Shown here one piece after another: positions 13,129-22,827 of a stretch of 64,000 nucleotides of DNA (positions are counted from its first letter, which is position 1; every line of letters starts with the position of its first letter). A program made the translations under genes and the position numbers. Source of the stretch: Escherichia phage vB_EcoM_WFbE185. The stretch lies in sequence record MK373778.1; one strand, 5' to 3'. The notes beneath the pieces are model-generated. The model worked only from the letters and a program-made list of their open reading frames with translations, was not told the origin of the DNA and searched no databases.

Positions 13129-14412
13129 ATGAGTAAAATCCAAAAATTATTGCGTGAATCTACAACGTCTACTAGCAACTCAATTGGTCGCCCAAATCTC
13201 GTTGCTTTGACTCGCGCTACGACTAAATTAATATATTCTGACATTGTAGCAACACAAAGAACTAATCAACCTGTTGCTGCTTTTTATGGTATCAAATATC
13301 TTAACCCAGATAACGAATTCACATTTAAAACCGGTGCTACTTATGCTGGCGAAGTTGGATATGTAGACCGAGAAAAAATTACCGAGCTCACAGAAGAATC
13401 AAAAGTCACACTAAATAAAGGCGATTTTTTCAAATATAATAATATCGTTTATAAAGTATTAGAAGATACACCGTTTGCAGATATTCAGGAAAGTGATCTA
13501 GAATTAGCTCTTCAGATTGCGGTCGTTCATTTAAAGGTACGGTTGTTTTCAGATGCAGCGGTAACAAGCAAATTTGAAAGCTCTGGTAGCGAAATTTCTG
13601 ATGCAAGATTCCAGATTAATAAATGGCAAACCGCTGTTAAATCTCGTAAACTTAAAACTGGCCTAACGGTTGAATTAGCGCAAGATTTGGAAGCGAATGG
13701 ATTTGATGCCCCTAACTTCTTAGAAGATTTACTTGCTACTGAAATGGCTGATGAAATTAATAAAGATATTCTTCAGTCTTTAATTACTGTATCGAAACGT
13801 TATAAAGTTACTGGAATTACTGACACCGGATTTATTGACTTGAGCTATGCGTCTGCTCCAGAAGCAGGTCGTTCATTATATCGAATGGTGTGTGAAATGG
13901 TATCACACATTCAAAAAGAGTCAACTTATACCGCAACGTTTTGCGTAGCTTCAGCTCGTGCAGCCGCTATTCTTGCTGCTTCAGGTTGGTTAAAACATAA
14001 GCCGGAAGATGATAAGTATCTTTCACAAAATGCTTATGGATTCTTGGCAAATGGATTACCTCTTTACTGCGATACTAACAGCCCGTTAGATTATGTTATT
14101 GTGGGTGTTGTAGAAAATATCGGCGAAAAAGAAATTGTAGGGTCCATCTTTTATGCTCCATACACTGAAGGAGTAGATTTAGATGACCCGGAACATGTTG
14201 GTGCATTTAAAGTTGTAGTTGATCCAGAAAGCTTGCAACCGTCTATCGGATTATTGGTTAGATATGCTTTATCAGCAAATCCTTACACAGTAGCAAAAGA
14301 CGAAAAAGAAGCGAGAATAATTGATGGTGGGGACATGGATAAAATGGCAGGACGTTCAGACTTGTCTGTTTTACTCGGTGTTAAATTGCCTAAAATTATT
14401 ATAGATGAATAA
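13129..14412 (+). CDS. 24: capsid vertex protein gp24
   Basis: 427 aa, gp23 paralog; late promoter upstream. Confidence 0.95.
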   Translation: MSKIQKLLRESTTSTSNSIGRPNLVALTRATTKLIYSDIVATQRTNQPVAAFYGIKYLNPDNEFTFKTGATYAGEVGYVDREKITELTEESKVTLNKGDFFKYNNIVYKVLEDTPFADIQESDLELALQIAVVHLKVRLFSDAAVTSKFESSGSEISDARFQINKWQTAVKSRKLKTGLTVELAQDLEANGFDAPNFLEDLLATEMADEINKDILQSLITVSKRYKVTGITDTGFIDLSYASAPEAGRSLYRMVCEMVSHIQKESTYTATFCVASARAAAILAASGWLKHKPEDDKYLSQNAYGFLANGLPLYCDTNSPLDYVIVGVVENIGEKEIVGSIFYAPYTEGVDLDDPEHVGAFKVVVDPESLQPSIGLLVRYALSANPYTVAKDEKEARIIDGGDMDKMAGRSDLSVLLGVKLPKIIIDE

Positions 14413-14420
14413 ACGAAAAA

Positions 14421-14436
14421 GGGACCGTACGGTCCC
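14421..14436. terminator. bidirectional terminator between gene 24 and rnlB
   Basis: Perfect palindrome GGGACC-GTAC-GGTCCC flanked by A5 and T5, between convergent genes. Confidence 0.75.
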
Positions 14437-14443
14437 TTTTTCG

Positions 14444-15442
14444 TTATGATACTAATTCAATCCATGCAGGACGCAGAACATCTTGCACCATTCGGACTAA
14501 TTCTTTCTTAACAAGATTCGGATTATCGGATGATGTTAATACAATACCTTCACGAGAAGTTTCTTCCAGAATATCTTGAACAGTCAATCCCATCACTTTG
14601 CCAAAATCTTTTGGCGTTACAGTCCCAATCTTAGAAATCACATTATTAACACGGTTTAATGTAACATAACAAGCTAGGACATCAAGCAAGTTTTTGTCAA
14701 TTTCGGTTAATGGAACCTGAGTTTTAATAGGCTTATCAGACTTTTTCTTTTCACTGAATTTAGAGTTCTTGCACTTAATAGCTACACGAGTACCGTTTGG
14801 CAGCCATTTAGGGAAACAAGGCTTCAGAACATAACCTTCTGCTGTATTATCGCCAATAACATTAGCATCAAATACACAATTATTTGCTTCTACAAGGTCT
14901 TCTGACGCAGTAGCATTATAAGCGGCTAAGACGGAATCAAGGTCATTTGGAATCGCGATAAGAGCATCGAATGTTCCACGACCGAGCATTGGTGCCATTT
15001 TAAAACCGAATTCATTACAGAAATCTTGCATTTCGTAATCGGTCAAATACGTATTATCACCACTTTCTGTATTGATAAGGATATCGAACACATAAAAATC
15101 TTTTTCACCGTAGTCAACACCTTTCTGGATTCCACCACCAGCGAATTCACCAAAGACCTGATATGATACAGCTCGAGAACTACCCATTACTTCTTGAACG
15201 TTTTTAATAGCCTTATCATACTTCTTGAGTACAATTTCATAACCATAAAAATCTTCTGCTGGAAGAATAGGGCCTGTGCGCTTGGCGCATGTGACGTTGT
15301 CACGTTCAATTATTAACGAGAAGTTAGTCCCATGGATTTTCTCACGTGCTACCCAAACACCAGTAGTCAAACCATTAGTGTAGAGTTTTTCAATAAACTT
15401 AGAGTTGTAGTGGTTTTCAAGACTGCTGTATTTCTTAAACAT
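14444..15442 (-). CDS. rnlB: RNA ligase 2
   Basis: 332 aa; [21 protein letters not shown]... with motif I KIHGTN matches recalled T4 Rnl2. Confidence 0.9.
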   Translation of the reverse strand: MFKKYSSLENHYNSKFIEKLYTNGLTTGVWVAREKIHGTNFSLIIERDNVTCAKRTGPILPAEDFYGYEIVLKKYDKAIKNVQEVMGSSRAVSYQVFGEFAGGGIQKGVDYGEKDFYVFDILINTESGDNTYLTDYEMQDFCNEFGFKMAPMLGRGTFDALIAIPNDLDSVLAAYNATASEDLVEANNCVFDANVIGDNTAEGYVLKPCFPKWLPNGTRVAIKCKNSKFSEKKKSDKPIKTQVPLTEIDKNLLDVLACYVTLNRVNNVISKIGTVTPKDFGKVMGLTVQDILEETSREGIVLTSSDNPNLVKKELVRMVQDVLRPAWIELVS

Positions 15443-15533
15443 AAATCACCATTATAAATAATAATATCAAAATAATTAGCAGAGACTCTATCTCTGACCG
15501 GATGTTTAATTTGAATGGATAGAACCTAGATTC

Positions 15534-15559
15534 ATTATACCATCAAAAATTGTAAAGCA
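15534..15559 (-). promoter_or_regulatory. middle promoter (MotA box + -10) for rnlB
   Basis: Minus strand reads TGCTTTA, 13 nt, TATAAT. Confidence 0.5.
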
Positions 15560-15561
15560 TA

Positions 15562-15813
15562 TTAGAACTTGATTTCTATCCAATGACCATCACGCTGGTC
15601 GTGATTAATTTTGTACTGAAAGCCGTTATCACGAAGCCATTGACCGACTTGTTCAGTTATAGTTAAATCATTCTTTGACGGATAGTATGTAAATTGTGTC
15701 TGGCCTTTGTCAGCGGCTTTCTCTGCCATCGCAGAGAAGTTAGTAATAAAATCACTCAACAAATTAGCTTTAGTGGCCAGAGCCCTTTCTCTTAATTCCT
15801 GTGCAAAACTCAT
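15562..15813 (-). CDS. hypothetical protein (T4 24.2 position)
   Basis: 83-aa ORF; synteny only. Confidence 0.45.
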   Translation of the reverse strand: MSFAQELRERALATKANLLSDFITNFSAMAEKAADKGQTQFTYYPSKNDLTITEQVGQWLRDNGFQYKINHDQRDGHWIEIKF

Positions 15814-16010
15814 TTCTTCACCTTTTTGTTAATCAAACGTTTACGGTATACAACTTTTTCTTTTGCTTTAAACTTTGACCGAGCTGTCTCGGCTTTAGTC
15901 CATAGTAATCCAACTTCTTTAGGTTGTAAACCGATTTTTTGAGCAATTTCTACGAATGAAAATCCCGCCTCATGTAATGTATAAACTTCAACTTCAGCTC
16001 TCATAATCAA
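15810..16010 (-). CDS. hypothetical protein with possible helix-turn-helix (T4 24.3 position)
   Basis: 66-aa ORF; GFSFVEIAQKIGLQPKEV resembles an HTH; basic tail. Confidence 0.45.
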   Translation of the reverse strand: MIMRAEVEVYTLHEAGFSFVEIAQKIGLQPKEVGLLWTKAETARSKFKAKEKVVYRKRLINKKVKK

Positions 16011-16084
16011 TCCCGTATTATTTGGTTTGTGCCATTATATACATCAATCTCAAGTTGTGTTTTGTATGCTTTAAAAACGAAGAA

Positions 16085-16098
16085 AGGGGCCGAAGCCC
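16085..16098 (-). terminator. terminator after hoc
   Basis: GGGGC-CGAA-GCCCC; U-run on the minus transcript. Confidence 0.6.
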
Positions 16099-16105
16099 CT
16101 TACGA

Positions 16106-17524
16106 TTATGGATATGTATAGATGATACCAGTTTCCAAAGCAGTTTTATGGATGACGTATCCATTACGTGATTCTTGAACATCAACTTCTGGATAGTCTT
16201 TCATCATCTTCTGAAGAGTGTAACGATGCAGGTAGTATTTACTATCTGCATCTTCAGTTTTCCAATCTTTACCTTCTTCAGTCATTTTTTGTATTTCATC
16301 CATAACCCACCAACCGCACCAGATGTAAGCTGAAGTACGATGTGGAAGAGGATGAACATAAGGTAATTCACCTTCTGGTTCTGGAGCAACTTTATCGGTT
16401 ACCTGAACTTGTCCTTCTGCTGTAATAGTTTTGCTATCATAATCAGTAGCAGTAACGACGGCAGTCACTTCAATAGTTTGACTTCCAATAGATGAGGTAT
16501 CAACGGTATATACATTAGTTGACCCTTCTACAGGAGAAGAATCTTTCTTCCATGAATAAGCAATTTGTGCTTCTTCTGGTGCACCAGTAACATTAGCTGT
16601 AAATGTAGCCGAAGCATCTTGTTGAACATTAATAGAAGGAGGAGTCAATGTAACCTGTGGATTCATTGTCTTCTTATTAACCGTTAATGATACTTCATTC
16701 GAAGTAACTTCCTTTGCATCATAATCTGTCGCAGTTACTTGGGCTACACATTTAATTCTTTTTACTCCACTTGTAGTTGGAGTATAGCTAAATGTAGAGT
16801 TAGTTTCTCCACCAATCTGTGAATCATCTACATACCACTGATACGTAGCAGACGCTCCAACCGGTTGAGAAGCTAAGGCGGCAGTAAATTGAACTGGGGT
16901 TCCAATTACTCCGGCTGAAGGACTATTGGGAGTTACTGCCAACGTAGTTGTCTGCGTCTTTTTATTAACAGTCAGTGACACTTCATTAGAAGTAACGCTT
17001 AGTGCGTCATAATCTGTTGCGGTTACTTGAGCCACACACTTAATTCTTTTTACCCCGCTTTCGGCAGGAGTGTAATTGAATGTAGCGTTAGTTGCTTCGC
17101 CAACAGGAGAATCATCTACATACCATTGATAAGTAGCGTTTGCGCCTGATGGCTGCGAAGCTAAAGCGGCAGTAAATTCAATAGCTGTTCCGATTACTCC
17201 AGCGTCAGGGCTATTAGGAGTTACAGCTAAGGTAGTCGTTTGTGTCTTATTTTGAACTGTGATAGTTGTAGAAGCTTCTGCTGTTTCAGCTTCAGCTTCT
17301 GGAACTGTATTTGTTGCAACTACTTTAATAGACTTTTGACCTGCAGGTCCTTTTAACACATAATCAAAAGTTGCTTCAGCTCCATCTTGCGAAACATCAT
17401 CTACAGTCCAAGCATATGTAATAGTTCCACCTCCAGTTTCACCACTGGGAGTAGCAGTAAACTGCTGAGTCTGATCTATAACTCCAGTAGGTGTTTTAGG
17501 AGTTATATCAACTGTAAAAGCCAT
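16106..17524 (-). CDS. hoc: highly immunogenic outer capsid protein Hoc, four Ig-like domains
   Basis: 472 aa; repeated Ig-like modules plus C-terminal capsid-binding domain; position between 24.x and inh. Confidence 0.85.
   Translation of the reverse strand: MAFTVDITPKTPTGVIDQTQQFTATPSGETGGGTITYAWTVDDVSQDGAEATFDYVLKGPAGQKSIKVVATNTVPEAEAETAEASTTITVQNKTQTTTLAVTPNSPDAGVIGTAIEFTAALASQPSGANATYQWYVDDSPVGEATNATFNYTPAESGVKRIKCVAQVTATDYDALSVTSNEVSLTVNKKTQTTTLAVTPNSPSAGVIGTPVQFTAALASQPVGASATYQWYVDDSQIGGETNSTFSYTPTTSGVKRIKCVAQVTATDYDAKEVTSNEVSLTVNKKTMNPQVTLTPPSINVQQDASATFTANVTGAPEEAQIAYSWKKDSSPVEGSTNVYTVDTSSIGSQTIEVTAVVTATDYDSKTITAEGQVQVTDKVAPEPEGELPYVHPLPHRTSAYIWCGWWVMDEIQKMTEEGKDWKTEDADSKYYLHRYTLQKMMKDYPEVDVQESRNGYVIHKTALETGIIYTYP
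16670..17245 (-). repeat. tandem direct repeat (2 x ~288 bp) inside hoc, encoding two near-identical Ig-like domains
   Basis: Protein segments TTTLAVTPNSP...VSLTVNKKT occur twice in tandem; the underlying DNA copies (about 16670-16957 and 16958-17245) are clearly alignable. Confidence 0.8.
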
Positions 17525-17533
17525 AAGTTATCC

Positions 17534-18202
17534 TTATTTTAATGTTACGAAAGAAGAATTACGAGTTTCACGAATTAGAACTGATCCATCGCGATTAATA
17601 TAATAAATTAAGCTAAATAATGTTTGGTGAGCAGAAGCGTGCACAAAACTGGTTGGGCGAGATTTCCAATCTGGGGTTTCGTCTATCCATTGATAAATCC
17701 ACCAAGGAACAGTAACATATCCTGGGCCTTTGCCTAATTTAATGAGTGTAGGACTAAAATTTTCAGGCAGAACAAATTTTACTTCTTTATTTACCTCTGG
17801 CTCAGGCTCTTTTTCAGATTCAACAACCTGAGTAATTGCTTCTTCGAATTTATCATGGTCGAATTCTTTTTCTTGTTCGACAACTTCTAATACTTCAACT
17901 TGTTCTGTTGGAGAATCAAACAACAGAATAGCTTCTTCTTTAACTTCTTCGTTGGTGAAATTAACACCGTCCACATCATCTGCGGCAGTAATTAAATCGG
18001 TGATAGATAATCCATCAGTTTCAGGTAATGGTTCATCAGCCAGTGCGTTAAGAGCTTCTTCGATATCAATAACAATATTATCGAATGATTTTGTTTTCTT
18101 AACACTAATGCCAAATTGTTCCGCATATTCAAACAGTTTAGCTTTGGCTTCCTTTTTATCAGAAAGAGCACGTAACTCTTCAATATAGTCTTTATCGATC
18201 AT
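17534..18202 (-). CDS. inh: Inh, inhibitor of prohead protease
   Basis: 222 aa; synteny between hoc and uvsW; acidic central region. Confidence 0.6.
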   Translation of the reverse strand: MIDKDYIEELRALSDKKEAKAKLFEYAEQFGISVKKTKSFDNIVIDIEEALNALADEPLPETDGLSITDLITAADDVDGVNFTNEEVKEEAILLFDSPTEQVEVLEVVEQEKEFDHDKFEEAITQVVESEKEPEPEVNKEVKFVLPENFSPTLIKLGKGPGYVTVPWWIYQWIDETPDWKSRPTSFVHASAHQTLFSLIYYINRDGSVLIRETRNSSFVTLK

Positions 18203-18215
18203 GATATTTCCTCAT

Positions 18216-18223
18216 TATAAATA
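18216..18223 (+). promoter_or_regulatory. late promoter (TATAAATA) for uvsW
   Basis: Exact TATAAATA 29 nt upstream of the ATG. Confidence 0.6.
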
Positions 18224-18252
18224 TAACTATATTTATTACATGGTAATTTGAC

Positions 18253-19767
18253 ATGACTGACATTAAAGTACATTTTCATGATTTTAGTCACGTGCGCATT
18301 GAATGCGACGAAAGTACGTTTTACGAACTTCGTGACTTTTTTAGCTTTGAAGCTGACGGGTATAAATTTAACCCAAAATATCGCTATGGGCAATGGGATG
18401 GTAGAATTCGACTTTTAGATTACAATCGTTTGTTACCATATGGACTTGTAGGACAAATAAAAAAGTTCTGTAACAATATGAGTTATTCTGTATGGATTGA
18501 CCATAAAATCTTTGAGACCGAAGACCTTACCAGGGAAGATTTTGACGCATGGCTTTCTAAACAAGAAATTTATTCAGGCAACGCCAAAATCGAACCGCAT
18601 TGGTATCAAAAAGATGCAGTATATGAAGGACTAGTTAATCGTCGTCGAATTTTAAACCTTCCGACATCAGCAGGTAAATCACTAATCCAAGCACTTTTAG
18701 CTCGGTATTATCTAGAGAACTATGAAGGTAAAATTCTCATTATCGTCCCTACAACAGCATTGACAACCCAGATGGCTAATGATTTTGTTGATTATCGCTT
18801 GTTTAGTCATTCGATGATTAAGAAAATTGGCGGTGGCGCTGATAAAGCGGACAAATCTAAAAATGACGCTCCAATTATTGTTGGCACATGGCAAACTGTA
18901 GTTAAGCAGCCTAAAGAATGGTTCTCTCAGTTCGGTATGATGATGAATGATGAATGCCACTTAGCAACAGGCAAAAGTATTTCTTCAATCATCTCAGGAT
19001 TAAATAATTGCATGTTTAAATTCGGTTTATCTGGCTCATTAAGAGACGGAAAAGCCAATGTAATGCAGTACGTAGGTATGTTCGGTGAAATCTTCCGTCC
19101 TGTTAGCACGTCTAAATTAATGGAAGATGGACAGGTAACTGAGCTTAAGATTAATAGTATTTTCCTTCGTTATCCGGACGAATTCACCACCAAATTAAAA
19201 GGTAAAACATACCAAGAAGAAGTTAAAATTATTACCGGACTAAAACGTCGTACAAAGTGGATTGCTCAACTTTCAGTAAAATTGGCTAAGAAAGACGAGA
19301 ACGCCTTTGTAATGTTTAAACACGTTACACACGGTAAAGAAATATTTGAAGCTATTAAAGAGCTTGGATACGAAAAAGTTTATTACGTATCAGGTGAAGT
19401 TGATACTGAAACACGTAACGCGCTTAAAGTCATGGCAGAAAATGGTAAAGGCATTATTATTGTTGCATCATATGGAGTATTCTCTACTGGTATTTCAGTC
19501 AAGAATCTTCATCATGTTATTTTTGCCCATGGTGTTAAATCAAAAATTATCGTACTTCAAACCGTAGGTCGCGTGCTTCGTAAGCATGGTTCTAAAGCTG
19601 TTGCTACAGTTTGGGATCTCATCGACGATGCAGGTGTAAAACCTAAATCATTAAATACTAAAAAGAAGTATACTCATCTTAATTACTTGTTAAAACACGG
19701 TATTGATCGTATCCAACGTTACGCTGATGAGAAATTTAACTATGTAATGAAAACAATTAATTTATAA
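18253..19767 (+). CDS. uvsW: UvsW RNA-DNA and DNA-DNA helicase
   Basis: 504 aa; helicase motif I LPTSAGKS and motif II MMNDECH; near-identical to recalled T4 UvsW. Confidence 0.95.
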   Translation: MTDIKVHFHDFSHVRIECDESTFYELRDFFSFEADGYKFNPKYRYGQWDGRIRLLDYNRLLPYGLVGQIKKFCNNMSYSVWIDHKIFETEDLTREDFDAWLSKQEIYSGNAKIEPHWYQKDAVYEGLVNRRRILNLPTSAGKSLIQALLARYYLENYEGKILIIVPTTALTTQMANDFVDYRLFSHSMIKKIGGGADKADKSKNDAPIIVGTWQTVVKQPKEWFSQFGMMMNDECHLATGKSISSIISGLNNCMFKFGLSGSLRDGKANVMQYVGMFGEIFRPVSTSKLMEDGQVTELKINSIFLRYPDEFTTKLKGKTYQEEVKIITGLKRRTKWIAQLSVKLAKKDENAFVMFKHVTHGKEIFEAIKELGYEKVYYVSGEVDTETRNALKVMAENGKGIIIVASYGVFSTGISVKNLHHVIFAHGVKSKIIVLQTVGRVLRKHGSKAVATVWDLIDDAGVKPKSLNTKKKYTHLNYLLKHGIDRIQRYADEKFNYVMKTINL

Positions 19768-19792
19768 GGGCTTCGGCCCTTAGGAGATAAAA

Positions 19793-20026
19793 ATGGTACT
19801 TGAATTTAAACAATTTTTATACGAAGCATCTATTGACGAATTCATGGGTAAAATTGCTAGTTGTCATACCTTAGAAGGGCTTGAAGAATTGGAAGCTTAT
19901 TATAAGAAACGTATAAAAGAAACGGAATTAAAAGATACAGATGATATTTCTGTCAGGGATGCCTTAGCAGGTAAGCGTGCCGAACTTGAAGGCGACGATG
20001 ATGAGGATGTGGAAGAAGACTTCTAA
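19793..20026 (+). CDS. uvsW.1: UvsW.1 small acidic protein
   Basis: 77 aa immediately downstream of uvsW; synteny. Confidence 0.7.
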   Translation: MVLEFKQFLYEASIDEFMGKIASCHTLEGLEELEAYYKKRIKETELKDTDDISVRDALAGKRAELEGDDDEDVEEDF

Positions 20027-20074
20027 TTAAAAAAAGGCCCGACCTTTTTGGAAGGGCCAAAAACCATAGGCAAA

Positions 20075-20242
20075 AAAGGTAACACTATAGTAAAAGTTGG
20101 GTTTCATTCAATTGCTCTTCTGAACTTTCTGAAACCGGCAATTGTTGGACATAGTTATAACAAGGACCAGGGTGTGCTGGGCCTTTGTCTGTTTCAACAA
20201 CCAATGCAGAATCGATTGGAGTTTTACAGACAACACAAATCT
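20075..20242 (-). CDS. small putative zinc-binding protein (T4 uvsY.-2 position)
   Basis: 55-aa ORF, below the cutoff of the supplied ORF track, found by hand: MSDKICVVCKTP...HPGPCYNY with C-x2-C...H-x3-C spacing; strong SD AGGAGG 5 nt upstream; late promoter upstream. Confidence 0.5.
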
Positions 20243-20281
20243 TATCTGACATGATTGCCTCCTAAGTTGAAATTACATATC

Positions 20282-20289
20282 TATTTATA
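20282..20289 (-). promoter_or_regulatory. late promoter (TATAAATA) for the small zinc-binding ORF
   Basis: Reverse-complement TATAAATA upstream of the ORF at 20075-20242. Confidence 0.45.
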
Positions 20290-20509
20290 CAACTCTCATA
20301 TGCATATCAATGCCCATATCTTTAGAATAAAAATATTCATCAAGATATCCGGCAAACTTCCCTTTAATATAAAGGACGTCTTCGCCACAAGGATGGTCTG
20401 CCAGGATACGAATATCCTGACGACGTAGACGATACTTTTCCATTAAGAATTTAATTTCAGTTTCAAATTCTTCATCATTATTAAAGGCATCTTCAATTGA
20501 ATAACGCAT
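20285..20509 (-). CDS. hypothetical protein (T4 uvsY.-1 position)
   Basis: 74-aa ORF; synteny. Confidence 0.5.
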   Translation of the reverse strand: MRYSIEDAFNNDEEFETEIKFLMEKYRLRRQDIRILADHPCGEDVLYIKGKFAGYLDEYFYSKDMGIDMHMRVV

Positions 20510-20922
20510 TATTGCCCCGCTTCAAATTCTCGCATATCCTGGATATGTTTAAGTGCAAAACTACGAGATTTAACTGCGTCAAGTGCACCACTACAGAACT
20601 CAAGTAAAATTCCCCAGTATTGTAAAGTAGTCTCTATTTTAAGCACATCTTTATCTGCAGCCAGGACAGTTTTCATTTCAGATTTCTCGTATCGGTCCAT
20701 ACTGAATTCATCACCGTCACCTCGTCCTGAGTAGTAGTCTAATCTTGCTTTTAGAGCAGTTTTCTTCTGAGTCTCTATACGCAACATTTCTTTACGAATA
20801 AATGAGTGCTTACGTAGCCATTTGCTGTATAACTTAACATTATTCGCTGTCTCATATTGCAACTTTGTCGTATCAATAGCTAAGTCTGCGTCTAACTCTT
20901 CCTGTAAATCTTCCAGCTTCAT
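20509..20922 (-). CDS. uvsY: UvsY recombination mediator
   Basis: 137 aa from the internal Met at 20922 (MKLEDLQEEL...), matching recalled T4 UvsY; the longer track ORF to 21003 overlaps the promoter and gene 25 end. Confidence 0.9.
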   Translation of the reverse strand: MKLEDLQEELDADLAIDTTKLQYETANNVKLYSKWLRKHSFIRKEMLRIETQKKTALKARLDYYSGRGDGDEFSMDRYEKSEMKTVLAADKDVLKIETTLQYWGILLEFCSGALDAVKSRSFALKHIQDMREFEAGQ

Positions 20923-20977
20923 AATATTCTCTCTTTTAACTAATAATCTCCCGGCTGTATCGGAAGGACCTAAAACC

Positions 20978-21002
20978 ATTATACATAGGTTGTCTTGAAG
21001 CA
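20978..21002 (-). promoter_or_regulatory. middle promoter for uvsY (candidate oriF-type origin promoter)
   Basis: Minus strand reads TGCTTCA, 12 nt, TATAAT in the 25-uvsY intergenic region. Confidence 0.55.
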
Positions 21003-21401
21003 TTACACTCTATTGCTTGATGCTAACTGAAGTTTGATTTGTTCGATATCATCAGGGTTATCTACGACCGAAAATCTAATCTCTACTATAACTGTATAGT
21101 CATCATATACTGGCGTTACACTTACAGAAAGTTTGTCGATGCGCGGCTCATAGTTACGGACGGCTGCCTGGATATTACGCTCAATCGTATCGGCTGTAAG
21201 TGGTGTCATGTTCTCGAAAAGTTCATCAACCAAATCGCATCCAAATTCAGGGTCGAAGGGGCGTGAGCCTTTTCTAGTTGTCACTATGCCAAGAAGACTA
21301 TTTTTAATAGAACGAAGTCCTACAGAACGAGCAACGTCCTTGTTCCAATCCATACGCATTTCTGGATCGATATCTGAATAAAGTTTATTGATATTAGACA
21401 T
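21003..21401 (-). CDS. 25: baseplate wedge protein gp25
   Basis: 132 aa; MSNINKLYSDIDPEMRMDW... matches recalled T4 gp25. Confidence 0.95.
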   Translation of the reverse strand: MSNINKLYSDIDPEMRMDWNKDVARSVGLRSIKNSLLGIVTTRKGSRPFDPEFGCDLVDELFENMTPLTADTIERNIQAAVRNYEPRIDKLSVSVTPVYDDYTVIVEIRFSVVDNPDDIEQIKLQLASSNRV

Positions 21402-22027
21402 TATAGTAACTCAAAGAATTCTTTGAGGCCTCGTATTGTGTGAACGTGTGATGCCCCACATTTGGGACATTTAATAGGGGTTGCCAGATAAATTGATGGC
21501 GATACCAAAAGATTTTTAATATTGATCATGTCATCTTCTGTTATAAGGCCGTAAAGGTCGTTTATTTCTGCTTCAGTTAAATCTTCAACAGGGATGGACT
21601 CTCCATTGACAAAAACGGCCTCAATACATGAAGCAATCATTAATGCGATATTTTTATCGTCAAATAATTTAGGTTGACGGAACTTAATTTTAATACCACT
21701 GAACGAATACCAGGGATCGGCCTGTTCATCTAATTGAGTGTGCAATAAATTCATATAGACTTGAAATGAATGCCCACAGGAACAATTCCAGGTGTGTTCT
21801 TGATTCACTTCACCTAATGAATGTGCCCACAGATTTACCAACAATAACTCGGCTTCTTGTTTAGTCAAGTTTTTAGCATTAGAGCAATTAGTGATAATAT
21901 TGTTCACTGCGGATTCAATAGTATCGGTAGCCCGCGCACCTATGAGTCCTAAATATTCTTTTAAAGTAAAGGCTCTACAATTCACTTCTTTATCGCCTAA
22001 ACGTACGGTAAACGTATATTTGTACAT
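21401..22027 (-). CDS. 26: baseplate hub protein gp26
   Basis: 208 aa; synteny, divergent from gene 51. Confidence 0.9.
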   Translation of the reverse strand: MYKYTFTVRLGDKEVNCRAFTLKEYLGLIGARATDTIESAVNNIITNCSNAKNLTKQEAELLLVNLWAHSLGEVNQEHTWNCSCGHSFQVYMNLLHTQLDEQADPWYSFSGIKIKFRQPKLFDDKNIALMIASCIEAVFVNGESIPVEDLTEAEINDLYGLITEDDMINIKNLLVSPSIYLATPIKCPKCGASHVHTIRGLKEFFELL

Positions 22028-22045
22028 GTTAACTCCTTTATTGTG

Positions 22046-22057
22046 TATTTATAAATA
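22046..22057. promoter_or_regulatory. divergent overlapping late promoters for genes 26 (minus) and 51 (plus)
   Basis: Sequence TATTTATAAATA contains TATAAATA on both strands, 18 and 17 nt from the respective ATGs. Confidence 0.6.
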
Positions 22058-22074
22058 ATAGAAAAGGAGTAATT

Positions 22075-22827
22075 ATGGCTAATATAATTCGTTGTAAATT
22101 ACCGGATGGTGTTCATCGTTTTAAGCCGTTCACTGTGGCGGATTATAGAGACTTTTTACTAGTTAGAAATGATATCGAACATCGTTCGCCGCAAGAACAA
22201 AAAGAAATAATTGCCGATCTGATTGATGATTATTTTGGCGAGTACCCTAAAACATGGCAACCATTTATATTCCTGCAAGTTTTTGCAGGCTCTATAGGCA
22301 AAACAAAAGTTCCCGTTATTTTCACTTGCCCTAAATGCTCTAAAGAAAAAACTGCACCATTTGAGATATATCAAAAAGAACTAGTCGAACCTGAACTTGA
22401 TGTTGCTGGTATAAAAATACGTTTTTCTTTCCCTGAAAAGTTTTATGACAACAAGGCATTAATGATAAGTGAAAACATAAAAGAAATATATTATAATGAC
22501 AAATGGTACCCATGGAATGATTTGACTGAAGAGAACCAAATCCAAGTAATAGAAGCAATAGACATTGACTCGCTCGAGAAGGTTATTGCTTCTATGAACC
22601 CTATTAATTTGACCCTTAGATTAGGCTGTTGTGAACGACATGTTAAAACATATACTGATATCTTAGAGGTTTTTAAATTGTTAGTTAACCCTGATGAGAT
22701 TTTTACATTCTATCAGATAAACCATTCACTGGTAAAGAGTCAATACACATTGGATTCTATTATGCAAATGATTCCTGTTGAACGTGGTATTGCTTTAACA
22801 TTAGTAGAAAAGGACCATAAAAAATGA
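22075..22827 (+). CDS. 51: baseplate hub assembly catalyst gp51
   Basis: 250 aa; late promoter and SD AAGGAG; synteny. Confidence 0.9.
   Translation: MANIIRCKLPDGVHRFKPFTVADYRDFLLVRNDIEHRSPQEQKEIIADLIDDYFGEYPKTWQPFIFLQVFAGSIGKTKVPVIFTCPKCSKEKTAPFEIYQKELVEPELDVAGIKIRFSFPEKFYDNKALMISENIKEIYYNDKWYPWNDLTEENQIQVIEAIDIDSLEKVIASMNPINLTLRLGCCERHVKTYTDILEVFKLLVNPDEIFTFYQINHSLVKSQYTLDSIMQMIPVERGIALTLVEKDHKK

Noticed and set aside
15453-15460. Plus-strand TATAAATA between rnlB and the 24.2-position ORF
   Set aside because: No plus-strand gene follows for about 2.8 kb; probably a chance A/T-rich match, though an antisense late transcript cannot be excluded without RNA data.
18225-18240. Possible late promoter for inh on the minus strand
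   Set aside because: Minus strand reads AATAAATA, one mismatch from TATAAATA; too weak to call from sequence alone.
20048-20254. 68-aa plus-strand track ORF
   Set aside because: No SD or promoter; antisense to the minus-strand 55-aa ORF, which has AGGAGG and a late promoter.
20509-21003. 164-aa ORF extending uvsY upstream to 21003
   Set aside because: The extension overlaps the uvsY middle promoter and the 3' end of gene 25; the internal ATG at 20922 gives the 137-aa protein matching recalled T4 UvsY.
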